A program made the position numbers and the translations under genes. The notes beneath the pieces were generated by a model, which did no database searches, was not told where the DNA came from, and saw only the letters and a list, made by a program, of their open reading frames with translations. Below, piece by piece: positions 1-8,963 of a stretch of DNA of 64,000 nucleotides. The DNA is taken from positions 3,271-67,270 of the forward strand of contig BOKR01000001.1 in NCBI GenBank assembly GCA_016861085.1, in the 5' to 3' direction. Source of the DNA: Patescibacteria group bacterium. Its GTDB lineage: Bacteria; Patescibacteriota; Microgenomatia; UBA1400; PJMF01. The first letter of the stretch is position 1; each line of letters begins with the position of its first letter.

Positions 1-1
1 T

Positions 2-685
2 AGGATACCGTTAAGTGTTCTACAATGTATTGTTCCTGAGCTGACGGCTGGAGGATTCCGGTCTCTTTTGTTTACTCTCAAAAAGCAAGGCGTCATTTCA
101 ACCCAGAGAGTACAGGGAGTAACGACTGCAAGCATTACTCATTACGGAACGACACTATTAGAAAGCGAATTTCCGGCTTTATCCTCAAAATGGGATGATT
201 GGGATGGTAGTTGGGAATGTCTGCTCTTTATGGATTCTCCAGCTTTTGATAAGCAATTTCGATACTTACGAACCCTGTTGTTATCAGAAGGGGCATTAGT
301 AGTAAATCGAGGTGTGTATATTGCACCTGGGGGTTTCTCACAGATAGTCTTAAAAGAGTGTAGGAATGCCTATCATTCGAGTGTTCTTTTGTTTTCGGTT
401 GGAGACTGGAAGATAGCAACGGAATCTTCTTTTATCATAGAAAAATATGGGCTTTTAGATATCGCTGAAGGCTACTCTGGACTTAGCAGAGATGTTGGCC
501 GACTGATAGAAATATCAATAAGTGAAAAAGGATTGATTGAGGGCAATAAGTCAGGTATACATTTGGTATATGACCGAGTAGTAGATATCTTACTTGAAGA
601 TCCGGGTTTTTGTACATTTTATTTTAAAGAAGTAGAAAAAGTGAAAAATATACTTTCAAGGCTCAGTGACTCGTTAGCTATATGA
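2..685 (+). CDS. PaaX-like transcriptional regulator (5' truncated by the window edge)
   Basis: Frame is open back to base 2. WDGSW...FRYLRTLL...GVYIAP matches the PaaX central region, after a wHTH-like end. Confidence 0.6.
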   Translation, partial: RIPLSVLQCIVPELTAGGFRSLLFTLKKQGVISTQRVQGVTTASITHYGTTLLESEFPALSSKWDDWDGSWECLLFMDSPAFDKQFRYLRTLLLSEGALVVNRGVYIAPGGFSQIVLKECRNAYHSSVLLFSVGDWKIATESSFIIEKYGLLDIAEGYSGLSRDVGRLIEISISEKGLIEGNKSGIHLVYDRVVDILLEDPGFCTFYFKEVEKVKNILSRLSDSLAI

Positions 686-745
686 TTTATCCCAAAGTAG
701 AAGCCTTTTACCAAGATATAGATGGGCGAAAACAGCTACTTTTTA

Positions 746-765
746 TTGTTCACAATTTATCCACA
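746..765 (+). promoter_or_regulatory. Tandem DnaA-box-like motifs
   Basis: TTGTTCACA (746-754) and a perfect TTATCCACA (757-765), followed by a very AT-rich tract. Confidence 0.35.
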
Positions 766-1514
766 AACATTGTGCTATGTATTCAAACATCATAACAGGA
801 GTTGTTTCGGGTATGAATATGTAATTAAAAAACTAGATCATTTTTATATAAATTTATGTACTTATAATATAAGTAGAGTCATTGCGTTAATGTATTGCCA
901 GGCTATGCGTTAATATATCGGTAATTATGCAATAAAAAATATTTTGACTGAAATTAGATATAAAATTATATGGATATCTTATAAATCAACAAATAAAGGG
1001 CGAATATTGACCAGTTATTGATATAGGATAAAAAATAAGGCTAAAAACGTCTTATGGTTTCGTTCTCGGACTACAAACCGTGTGTGAAATATCGTGCTTA
1101 AAATGGACATGCAGTTTAACAACTATAGGATCAAGCTATTAAGCGACTTAATGATATCAAAATAGTATGACCAATTGAAAGTAATCAGGATCTATGACAA
1201 CGGAATAGGAGAGAAAAACCGTTATTTTGGCTTTCAGAGGCGAGCTTGAGGGTAAGATGTTTGCGAAAAGTGAGATCAATTTTTTGTTAGCTAATAGAAC
1301 AGCTAGAAAAGAGTAAACTCTTGCTATATTTTTTTCTTATCTGGGACTATCAATCTGAGTGTTTGATTGCTAAGAAATAAATAAGGCTATGATGGTTGTC
1401 TAATCAGCCAAAAATGGTATTCTGTTCGTGCTTTTAAGGTGTGTGAGAATATGACTTAAAATCGGTCTAATTGAATTGACTTAAATAGATCAAAACTATG
1501 CAAGTATTATGCGT

Positions 1515-3557
1515 TTATTTTTGAGGTAGATCTCCAAATAACTCTTTATATATTTCACTGATATCTTTCATTATAGCGTTGAGTGTCTTTCTTTCCTGAG
1601 TTACATCAACTTCTTCAAAGCTTAGCTGTGAACCTTCACGATCCCAGAATAGCCCATTCTTAGTGACTTGAATTTGATACTTGTTTGGATCAAGGAATGA
1701 TTCATGGTACCCAAGCTTATTCGTGTTTACGATGGAAACAAGCTCGCCTTTTGAGGGATCACTAACTCTAATGATGGCATTTTGTATTGGTTCCTGGTTG
1801 ATTGTGGTAACAAAACCAGAAATAGCTGGTTTTTCAAATGAATGGACCAGTCGTTTGATGAGTAATATTCCGTAGAGCCCAAGCACTAAAAGATTAATCC
1901 AGGTAGGGTAGAAAAGTGTGATAATGACTGAGATAATAAATAATGGCCAAAATAAATCAGTAAATCTGATTTTTCTAATGATACTTCGCATCGTTTTTCC
2001 AAATGTCGGCTTATATTCGCCTTTTATTTTTTTGTCCATTGGAATCAAGAAGAGTTGTTGCCTTTTGCTCGATTTCACCTCAAATTCTTCACCTTTGTAG
2101 AATTCTTCAATTGTATAGTAGCTTGGTCTTTTCTTCTCTGTAGGGTAATTGTAGTCTTGATGGCTGACATGAATGACGTATTTACCAGTTGGTAGCTGAA
2201 TACCTTGATATATACCGTCAACATCTGTTACTGCAGTCTCAATCAGGCGTTCTGAAACGATATCTGTAGTTGAGGTAATAGTAAGTAAGGCAAATGAAAC
2301 AGGTTCATTTGTCTGTGAGTCAAAAACCATTCCTTGAGGCTCTTTTGGAGGAATAAGACCCAATGCCTGGAGAATCTTTAATATGATATCCCAAGAAAAC
2401 TGTTGACCAAGTTGTAGTAATAGTGTCAGGAAGCTAATAGCTGGAACGGCAGCAGTGGCCACAAGCACCCCAACAGGGGCAACCGCTTGTGTGGCTTGTT
2501 GCACTGCCTGACGAATCTCTTGAGGTATAGTGGCAATAATCTCAAGAATTGGTTCGGGTATGAAATCAGTAATTTGTTGTTTTACGATTTCAGCTATTTC
2601 TACAGGCGGTATGATTGGAATTTTTATGATAGGAGTTGGAATTGGTGTTCCGGGAGATGGGGTTTCTTCGGGTCCTGGGGTTATATCTGGGGTCGGAGGA
2701 ATAATAATAAACTCCTGAATAATCAAGATCTTTAAATTTGTAATAACACTTATATTCCCAGCTTCATCAGTCACAACAAAATTGAGTGTAATGACTTCGT
2801 CTCTTGGCAAGATTCCTAATTGAAAGGTCCAGCTGCCGTCAGGATTAATAGTAAAGTTAATGATTTGAGTACCTTGACCGGGTATTTGTATTGTAACTTG
2901 AACCGAAGCATTCGGTTCTCCAGTTCCTGTGAATACTGGTTCATTATCCTCGAGTTCAATTGGTTCTTCTGGTACAGAATTGATGTCCTGTGCAGAAATA
3001 TTTGTAGTATATGGTCCAATTGTTTGAATTACAAATTCTGGTGCAAGCGTATCTATGTAAAAATCCCAAACTGCGGACGTATTTGAATTGCCAGCTGCGT
3101 CATAAACCATGACATACCAGGTATGGTGGCCATCAGATAGTGGGTCGACTGGTACCAAGGTATATTGTCCAGACCCACTATCATAGGTTAGTGTGTATTC
3201 ACTATTACTTGTACTTGAGGTCGGGATTGGTCCGTACACTAGCAAACCGTTTATATAGAGTTCATAGTAATCGACTCCGACATTGTCGGTTGACTCCTGC
3301 CAAATAAAGCTGGGAGTAGAGTCGTTAATAATTGCTTCATCCTCTGGAGAAATCAAAAACGGGGCTGAGGGAGGCATTACGTCTGGGACGGTGGCAGTCA
3401 CAGTGCTATCTCTGGTCTTAGGATTTGTTGCGGCATCCTCACCAGGGCCAATACCGCCAGCTTGACCATAGATTTTTAAGGAAAAAGTTTGAAAGAAGGC
3501 AATAAAGAGAATGAATAGAACAATAACTCTAAAATTTTGAGTATATTTGTTTCTCAT
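1515..3557 (-). CDS. Secreted/membrane Ig-like (Big/FN3) and carboxypeptidase-regulatory-like domain protein
   Basis: Signal peptide, Ig-like motifs (LSDGHHTWYVMVYDAAGN, FTGTGEPNASV), Pro/Thr linker, TM segments, two CarboxypepD_reg-like regions. Confidence 0.7.
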   Translation of the reverse strand: MRNKYTQNFRVIVLFILFIAFFQTFSLKIYGQAGGIGPGEDAATNPKTRDSTVTATVPDVMPPSAPFLISPEDEAIINDSTPSFIWQESTDNVGVDYYELYINGLLVYGPIPTSSTSNSEYTLTYDSGSGQYTLVPVDPLSDGHHTWYVMVYDAAGNSNTSAVWDFYIDTLAPEFVIQTIGPYTTNISAQDINSVPEEPIELEDNEPVFTGTGEPNASVQVTIQIPGQGTQIINFTINPDGSWTFQLGILPRDEVITLNFVVTDEAGNISVITNLKILIIQEFIIIPPTPDITPGPEETPSPGTPIPTPIIKIPIIPPVEIAEIVKQQITDFIPEPILEIIATIPQEIRQAVQQATQAVAPVGVLVATAAVPAISFLTLLLQLGQQFSWDIILKILQALGLIPPKEPQGMVFDSQTNEPVSFALLTITSTTDIVSERLIETAVTDVDGIYQGIQLPTGKYVIHVSHQDYNYPTEKKRPSYYTIEEFYKGEEFEVKSSKRQQLFLIPMDKKIKGEYKPTFGKTMRSIIRKIRFTDLFWPLFIISVIITLFYPTWINLLVLGLYGILLIKRLVHSFEKPAISGFVTTINQEPIQNAIIRVSDPSKGELVSIVNTNKLGYHESFLDPNKYQIQVTKNGLFWDREGSQLSFEEVDVTQERKTLNAIMKDISEIYKELFGDLPQK

Positions 3558-4654
3558 TATTCATTTGATTGCATTTTTTCTATTTGTTCTTCTAATTCAG
3601 CAATTCTTTTTTCTTCTATGCTCTTTTTATGTTTCAAGTGTCTTTTCACAGCAAGTCCTGCAAGGAGCAGTCCAAGCAAAATAGTCATTACGGCGATTAT
3701 TACTTTGATCGGGAGTAACCAAAAACTCGTGTTGGTAACTACTATCGCGCCAGCAGAACCATAGCTCATTGTTAGTTTTGCTTTGTATAAACCCCAGCCC
3801 CAAACTCGATCCCACTGTCCGGTGAAATCTCTACTTGTAAGAGGGAAGATATTTTTTGGTTCTATTCCAATGGTTTCTACTTTTCTACCAAGGATGTCAT
3901 AGACTTCAACACTCATTTGAGGGGTAATATGAACGTCAGAGTTATTTTCTACAGTAAAGCCAAATGGAACTGGGCCATATTCACTAAACTTAGGGAACGA
4001 AAAATCACGAACATACGCTTCCTCATTTATTGGACCATCAACAATGACATAGAGTAGCGTGCCAACACGTTGGTTAATAGCGGTGTTAGAACCACCAGTA
4101 CTCGCTCTATTTCCTGGTTCGTGAAGCACCATTGCATAGTGGCCACCAGGGAGGGCGTCCTCAGGGATTTCTACTAAAACATTAATGCCCGCGGTGGATT
4201 TTGATCCAATTGTATGTTCAGTTGGGGTTATTGTGAGCCACGAAGCTAGACTCCAACGGTTTGAAGTAGCATCGTCTATTGGAACGGGAGTTTCACCATC
4301 ACTATCCAAGACAAAGTCTTGGGCTGAAGTAATCACTGAGATTGGTTGTTCCGAAATGTTCCTCACTCTGAGCTGAATTTGCAGTTTTTCTCCTGGAGCA
4401 GCTTTGAGTGACCCATCATCACCAAGTCTAGGAGGAATTGCGGTTAAGGCAATTTCTTTTTGAGGAGAATCTGCTGTCTCACTTATGAGTTCTGGTATTG
4501 GCTGAGATTCATCTGAGGTTACTGTATTTGGAATAAATGGATTACTTACTGATTGGGCAAAGGCTCCTGGATTAAGACTCAGAAAGACAGTGGAGATAGC
4601 AATAAAGCCAGTCGTAATAATAATTTTGTGTTTTTTGATTTGGGCAGTATTCAT
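3557..4654 (-). CDS. DUF916/WxL-interacting-like protein with C-terminal membrane anchor
   Basis: Signal peptide, IPEDALPGGHYAMV, FTVENNSDVHITP, GLYKAKLTMSYG, C-terminal TM and basic tail. Confidence 0.6.
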   Translation of the reverse strand: MNTAQIKKHKIIITTGFIAISTVFLSLNPGAFAQSVSNPFIPNTVTSDESQPIPELISETADSPQKEIALTAIPPRLGDDGSLKAAPGEKLQIQLRVRNISEQPISVITSAQDFVLDSDGETPVPIDDATSNRWSLASWLTITPTEHTIGSKSTAGINVLVEIPEDALPGGHYAMVLHEPGNRASTGGSNTAINQRVGTLLYVIVDGPINEEAYVRDFSFPKFSEYGPVPFGFTVENNSDVHITPQMSVEVYDILGRKVETIGIEPKNIFPLTSRDFTGQWDRVWGWGLYKAKLTMSYGSAGAIVVTNTSFWLLPIKVIIAVMTILLGLLLAGLAVKRHLKHKKSIEEKRIAELEEQIEKMQSNE

Positions 4655-4666
4655 GTAGATCCCTCT

Positions 4667-6151
4667 TTAAAAAGTTGCTGTTGCTGTATAAATTACGTGG
4701 TTTTCGTAGTCTCCGGCTGCTTGTGTTGCAGAGATAATCGCTCTATAGCAGACATATAAGTTGTGATCGCTGGCAACAGTAGTTGAAGAAAAGATTTGTT
4801 GGGCAGCTTGGCTATCTTCAGAGTCTGCAAATTGTCTTGCACAATATGTGCCACCAGAACAGTTTCCTGAAGTAGTGTCGTATTCAAAGACTGGTGTCAA
4901 TCCAGTTGCATTCACATTATCGAGTGAAAATCCAAACCCCTTAAATGTTGTCGAATCCCATCGGTCAGAAGCAGTATGACTCATTGCAGCATTGTTCCCT
5001 GTGGAGTCTGGGATACAATCAGCCCCAGTGTTGTCTCCAGTACAAACAGCAGCATTTCTTCCCAGTTGATCATTAGCTCTTACTGTAACTGCATAGCCAT
5101 TAGTAGCGTTTGTTGAAACTGCTAATGCCTGAGCTGCATCAGTGAAAGCAGAGATAGAAAGTTCTCCAAGTGGTACGCCAGCTGCGGTTGTAGTTACATC
5201 TGTGGTAACGCCACAAGCAGTGATGCCAGAAGCAATTCCACTAATTTGGAACGTAATTTGTGGTGCTACAGATGCTGTCACGCGAACAGCCTCGACTACA
5301 CCAATGGATGCCGTAGTTGAATCTTGAGCTGAATAGCTACTATTTAAATGCTGGACAATAATCCTGTATGTATCAGCAAGACCAGTGGTATGAGCAACTT
5401 TTGGTGCAGGGTTAATGAGGTCATTGATAACGATTGCGTCGTTTGTGGTTCCATCAAAAGGAGTGCCAATTGCACCGGCCCCCGAATAACGACATTCAAA
5501 CGCATGATAATCTTGTGAACCAATAGTTATTGCAGATGCTGAAGCGGTACCAGCTACAAAATCGTATCCAGTTAGATCGGTTGGGCAAGTAACTGTTGGA
5601 GCAGAGTTGCTGAAATCAAAATTGCCTGCATCTGGTAATCCGTCTTGAGAGTCGGCATCGTTGCTAACTGAAGGTACCAAAATTCTGATAGCTCCATTGG
5701 CAATAGCATTGGCTGTAGTGAAGCGGACAGTTTGTGTTGCTGATCGTGTCGCGATTACAATATCACCAGCTTCTGTATCTCCAGAAGCAAGTACGGGCGT
5801 AACATTGAATGTTGAAGCACTATCTATACTGGTAATTGAGTAGGTAGAGATTGTACTGCCATTACCGATACCAACGTCATCATCTGTTCCATCTGCACTG
5901 ACTAATTGTGCAGATGTAGTAGAAGGCCAATCGCCTGTGGTTGTGTCGATAATGACTTGAGAGGAGCCAACAGTGTTGCCGGCAGCAAGTGCACCACTAA
6001 AGGAGAGCTGAGAGTTTGAAAGAGTTACAGAAACGTTTGTTAAGCTTGCAGATTGGCTTTTTTGATAAGCTCCAGCCATTGCAATTCCTACGAATACAAA
6101 TGCAGCAGTAACTATTTTTTTTGTTGTGGTTTTAGAAAAAGATTCTCTCAT
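4667..6151 (-). CDS. Large secreted beta-rich surface protein with WxL/pilin-like C-terminal domain
   Basis: Signal peptide, Thr/Ala/Ser-rich, VSTNATNGYAVTV, ends AAGDYENHVIYTATATF. Confidence 0.6.
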   Translation of the reverse strand: MRESFSKTTTKKIVTAAFVFVGIAMAGAYQKSQSASLTNVSVTLSNSQLSFSGALAAGNTVGSSQVIIDTTTGDWPSTTSAQLVSADGTDDDVGIGNGSTISTYSITSIDSASTFNVTPVLASGDTEAGDIVIATRSATQTVRFTTANAIANGAIRILVPSVSNDADSQDGLPDAGNFDFSNSAPTVTCPTDLTGYDFVAGTASASAITIGSQDYHAFECRYSGAGAIGTPFDGTTNDAIVINDLINPAPKVAHTTGLADTYRIIVQHLNSSYSAQDSTTASIGVVEAVRVTASVAPQITFQISGIASGITACGVTTDVTTTAAGVPLGELSISAFTDAAQALAVSTNATNGYAVTVRANDQLGRNAAVCTGDNTGADCIPDSTGNNAAMSHTASDRWDSTTFKGFGFSLDNVNATGLTPVFEYDTTSGNCSGGTYCARQFADSEDSQAAQQIFSSTTVASDHNLYVCYRAIISATQAAGDYENHVIYTATATF

Positions 6152-6235
6152 TTTTGGCTTTATAACAATCTTTTTTTTAGCCGTTTTTTCTCGTTTTAGA
6201 AATGATAAAAAACGGAAGATTTTCTCCTAAAATTA

Positions 6236-6264
6236 ATAATATATACTTTATACGGCATATGCAA
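6236..6264 (-). promoter_or_regulatory. sigma70-like internal promoter for the 494-aa surface protein
   Basis: TTGCAT-17 nt-TATTAT on the minus strand, followed by a hairpin at about 6181-6215. Confidence 0.45.
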
Positions 6265-6276
6265 TACGCAAAGAAG

Positions 6277-7245
6277 CTATAAGCTACTCATTTTTGGTTT
6301 TTGTTTGGATAAAAAGTAAAAAAGAGCGATTCCCAACAAGAGTGCAGCAAGAATTGCAATCGGAAGAGCATAGAAAACGTGAACTGATTGCGTAATTACA
6401 GTTCCATCTTGACCAGTCAGAGTCAAAACGATTTGGTACGGTCCGATGAGAAATTTTGGTTTGTAAGCAAGTGAACCCACTTCAGGCTTTTGTGGATCAG
6501 AATTTGAAAGTAAAGCGCGAATTTCTCTAGAGTTGTGCCCTAAAATAGTGTCGGGGTACACGTCAAACTCTACAATCGTTTGTTTGCGCCAATTCACAAT
6601 TTTGGCACTTCCTGAAGCTACAACAGCCCCCAAACTATTATTTTTAACCAAGGGTGAAAATTCGATTTGTTGAAAACTATCAACAAATTTTGGTGCGTTT
6701 ATGTTGAGCACTTCTAACGTTTTTGTGAAACTGTTTTGTTTTGACACCAGAACTATAAGATTACTACCAATTGCAGCATTGATTTGAGAGTTTGATTTTT
6801 GACTATTTTGCTGAAAATTTTGAGCTTTCTCTTGTTCTGATTTTGAAAAAAAGAGGACCGTAAGTGGATACTCTTTTTCTTGAGCTTCATGAGGAACAGA
6901 AATATACAGGGTGAGTTGTGCCTTTTTATTGGGTGGTATGGTTACTTCTTTGACAGAATTATCAACTCCCATAGAAACATAGGGGAAAGTGAGTTGGTTT
7001 GTGACAATAGCTCGACCGGTTTTGCCGTCAGTAGTAAAGTCTACTATGGTTGGCAAAACCGTTATTGGAGTTTCACCACTATTTTCAAGAATGATTGTAT
7101 GATTTGCTGAGGTTCCTGGGGCTACATGCAGGTAAGAAACAGGGGGTGAGACCGTCAAGTTAACTTCTGAAGCCTGCGCCAACACTTGGTTTAGACCAAG
7201 TGTGAGTAAAAATGTGCATGTAATAAGTAAGGGTAGTCGCTTCAT
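6277..7245 (-). CDS. Second DUF916/WxL-interacting-like protein with C-terminal TM
   Basis: Same architecture as 3557..4654 (LTVSPP start, IGPYQIVLTL, C-terminal TM and basic tail). Confidence 0.55.
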   Translation of the reverse strand: MKRLPLLITCTFLLTLGLNQVLAQASEVNLTVSPPVSYLHVAPGTSANHTIILENSGETPITVLPTIVDFTTDGKTGRAIVTNQLTFPYVSMGVDNSVKEVTIPPNKKAQLTLYISVPHEAQEKEYPLTVLFFSKSEQEKAQNFQQNSQKSNSQINAAIGSNLIVLVSKQNSFTKTLEVLNINAPKFVDSFQQIEFSPLVKNNSLGAVVASGSAKIVNWRKQTIVEFDVYPDTILGHNSREIRALLSNSDPQKPEVGSLAYKPKFLIGPYQIVLTLTGQDGTVITQSVHVFYALPIAILAALLLGIALFYFLSKQKPKMSSL

Positions 7246-7248
7246 AGG

Positions 7249-7980
7249 TTAAAATCCTGGCACTGCTACATAAACAACTGCAGTCTCATAATTACCACTA
7301 GCTTGGCTACTCCCTATGCCTGCCTTGTAGGTAACTGTTGATTGGCGGGCATTGGCGATATTGCTTGAACTCATTACAACCTGCATTGCTTCTGCTGCCT
7401 CATTATTGGCAAAACTTTTGAAATAAGTGCTGTTGATAAAATGTGCAGGAATATCATTGCCAGTCATATTGTAGCCAAATCCGGCAACTGATTGATTTGT
7501 CCATATTCCTGCGGTTGTATGAGTACAAGTTCCAGCATCACAGGTAGTGTTTGGTATTTCTTCAGAACCTTCAAGTTGCCTGAGTGGATGTAATTCGTAT
7601 GCATATACAGAATATCCTCCAGCCCCTTGTGTAGTAATGGTAAGGGTATGAGAATCAGTTTCATGGGTTTGTTCAGCTAACTCACCAAAGTCGATGAGAG
7701 TTTTTGAGATTTGAAAACGAAAGGTATCTATCTGATAAATATACTGAAAACCAGATCCAACAAAATAGGTTGATCCGCCATATGAACCATAAGGACCAGA
7801 TCCGGTTTGTCCAACAGTATCTGTAACATTGTAGGATGTGCTGCTTTTTTCTCCTGAAGTCACATTGAAATTGCCAAAAGTAATAACATACGAATCAGAC
7901 TCCAGTCGTTCGGCATGCGCTAATTTGAAGCCCAAAAGAAAAAGGGAACAAGTGGTAAAAATGATCAGTGCTTTTCTCAC
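7249..7980 (-). CDS. Secreted WxL/pilin-like protein
   Basis: Signal peptide, IDFGEL, ITTQGAGGYSV, GFGY, ends ASGNYETAVVYVAVPGF. Resembles the C-terminal domain of 4667..6151. Confidence 0.55.
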   Translation of the reverse strand: MRKALIIFTTCSLFLLGFKLAHAERLESDSYVITFGNFNVTSGEKSSTSYNVTDTVGQTGSGPYGSYGGSTYFVGSGFQYIYQIDTFRFQISKTLIDFGELAEQTHETDSHTLTITTQGAGGYSVYAYELHPLRQLEGSEEIPNTTCDAGTCTHTTAGIWTNQSVAGFGYNMTGNDIPAHFINSTYFKSFANNEAAEAMQVVMSSSNIANARQSTVTYKAGIGSSQASGNYETAVVYVAVPGF

Positions 7981-8705
7981 GATTCAAGTTTATTTTCAGT
8001 TTTTTTTGTACGAGGATCTATTTTTGATGATTCTATAACTTTTTGGCTTTCGGAACTAAGTAATGTAATTTGTGTTTCTAAAATGTGTGGGTCAATCGGT
8101 TCGCCACGATGAATCGATGTTTCAAGCAAATCTCTTAGTATGAGTAACTTTGGTTGCAGGAAATTGACGATAAAGCCCTCAATTGTTTGTTCTTTGTATT
8201 CAAGTGAATTTAATGCTTGCTCTTCAGTCTGTAAAACTTTTTGTTGTATTCGTGAATCGTCATATTGTCTTCTAGCGAAAAGAAAAAATAACAGCATCAT
8301 GGGGAGAGTCATAAATGCAGCTATACTGACTGAAGTTGGTATTGGTTCGATTGCATAGTGAACCAACATTGTGGCTAAGGTAGCAACCACAGCAGTACTT
8401 TGTCTGGTTGTCATGACCAAAAAAAATAAATGAATGTATGCGAATGGATAAAACAGAGACTGCGAATTTCCTGTTGAACCTATGAGTAGAACAACAGCAA
8501 AAGAGACAAACACAATTTCAATGGAATGTGCTTTGGGTAGGATGTGCCAAAGTTTACCACCATAGATTCGTTTTGTAATAAAAAATCCTAAAGTAGCCAC
8601 AGCAAAGGCTTGCAACGAATAATAGGAAAGGGCTGGAGTAGTAAGCCAGATATAGGCAAGGCAAATAGCTAATAAAACGGCAAGCGTGTGTTTGATTGAA
8701 GACAT
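7977..8705 (-). CDS. Multi-pass membrane protein with C-terminal coiled coil
   Basis: About 5-6 hydrophobic segments then a charged helical tail. First gene of the surface cluster, 4-bp overlap with the next gene. Confidence 0.65.
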   Translation of the reverse strand: MSSIKHTLAVLLAICLAYIWLTTPALSYYSLQAFAVATLGFFITKRIYGGKLWHILPKAHSIEIVFVSFAVVLLIGSTGNSQSLFYPFAYIHLFFLVMTTRQSTAVVATLATMLVHYAIEPIPTSVSIAAFMTLPMMLLFFLFARRQYDDSRIQQKVLQTEEQALNSLEYKEQTIEGFIVNFLQPKLLILRDLLETSIHRGEPIDPHILETQITLLSSESQKVIESSKIDPRTKKTENKLES

Positions 8706-8772
8706 ATGACTTTCTCTTTCCAGTATACCTCAATTTGTGATCGAAAATAATTATCTATGCTATAATGCCTCT

Positions 8773-8820
8773 ATGTTGCAAAAAGTCTCAAACAAACTTC
8801 TTCTTACCTCTCAGGATTAA
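8773..8820 (+). CDS. leuS leader peptide MLQKVSNKLLLTSQD
   Basis: ATG 6 nt after TGCTATAAT, three tandem CTT Leu codons, followed by antiterminator and terminator. Confidence 0.8.
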   Translation: MLQKVSNKLLLTSQD

Positions 8821-8840
8821 GGGGAGTTGTTTGCGTTTTA

Positions 8841-8869
8841 AAATCCCCTTACAAGAAGGGGTTTTTTTT
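8841..8869 (+). terminator. Attenuator terminator upstream of leuS
   Basis: AAATCCCCTT-ACAAG-AAGGGG then T8. The 5' arm TCCCCTTA can alternatively pair with TAAGGGGA (8818-8825). Confidence 0.8.
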
Positions 8870-8870
8870 C

Positions 8871-8915
8871 TTTCGGACCCGATCTTTTTCGTCAGAAAAA
8901 GTCGTAGGTACGAAA
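8871..8915 (+). repeat. 45-nt hairpin element, copy 1
   Basis: TTTCGGACCCGATCTTTTTCGTCAGAAAAAGTCGTAGGTACGAAA, 41/45 identical to 53696-53740. Confidence 0.85.
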
Positions 8916-8963
8916 GAAGTAAGAGGTAACACTACATAGTAAAACAGGTACAATAGGGAGCAT

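Noticed and set aside
2-685. CRISPR-Cas, because PaaX has a Cas2-like region
   Set aside because: No repeat-spacer array or cas genes seen in the window.
722-913. 63-aa ORF in the first intergenic gap
   Set aside because: Low-complexity AT-rich translation with no motif or clear ribosome-binding site.
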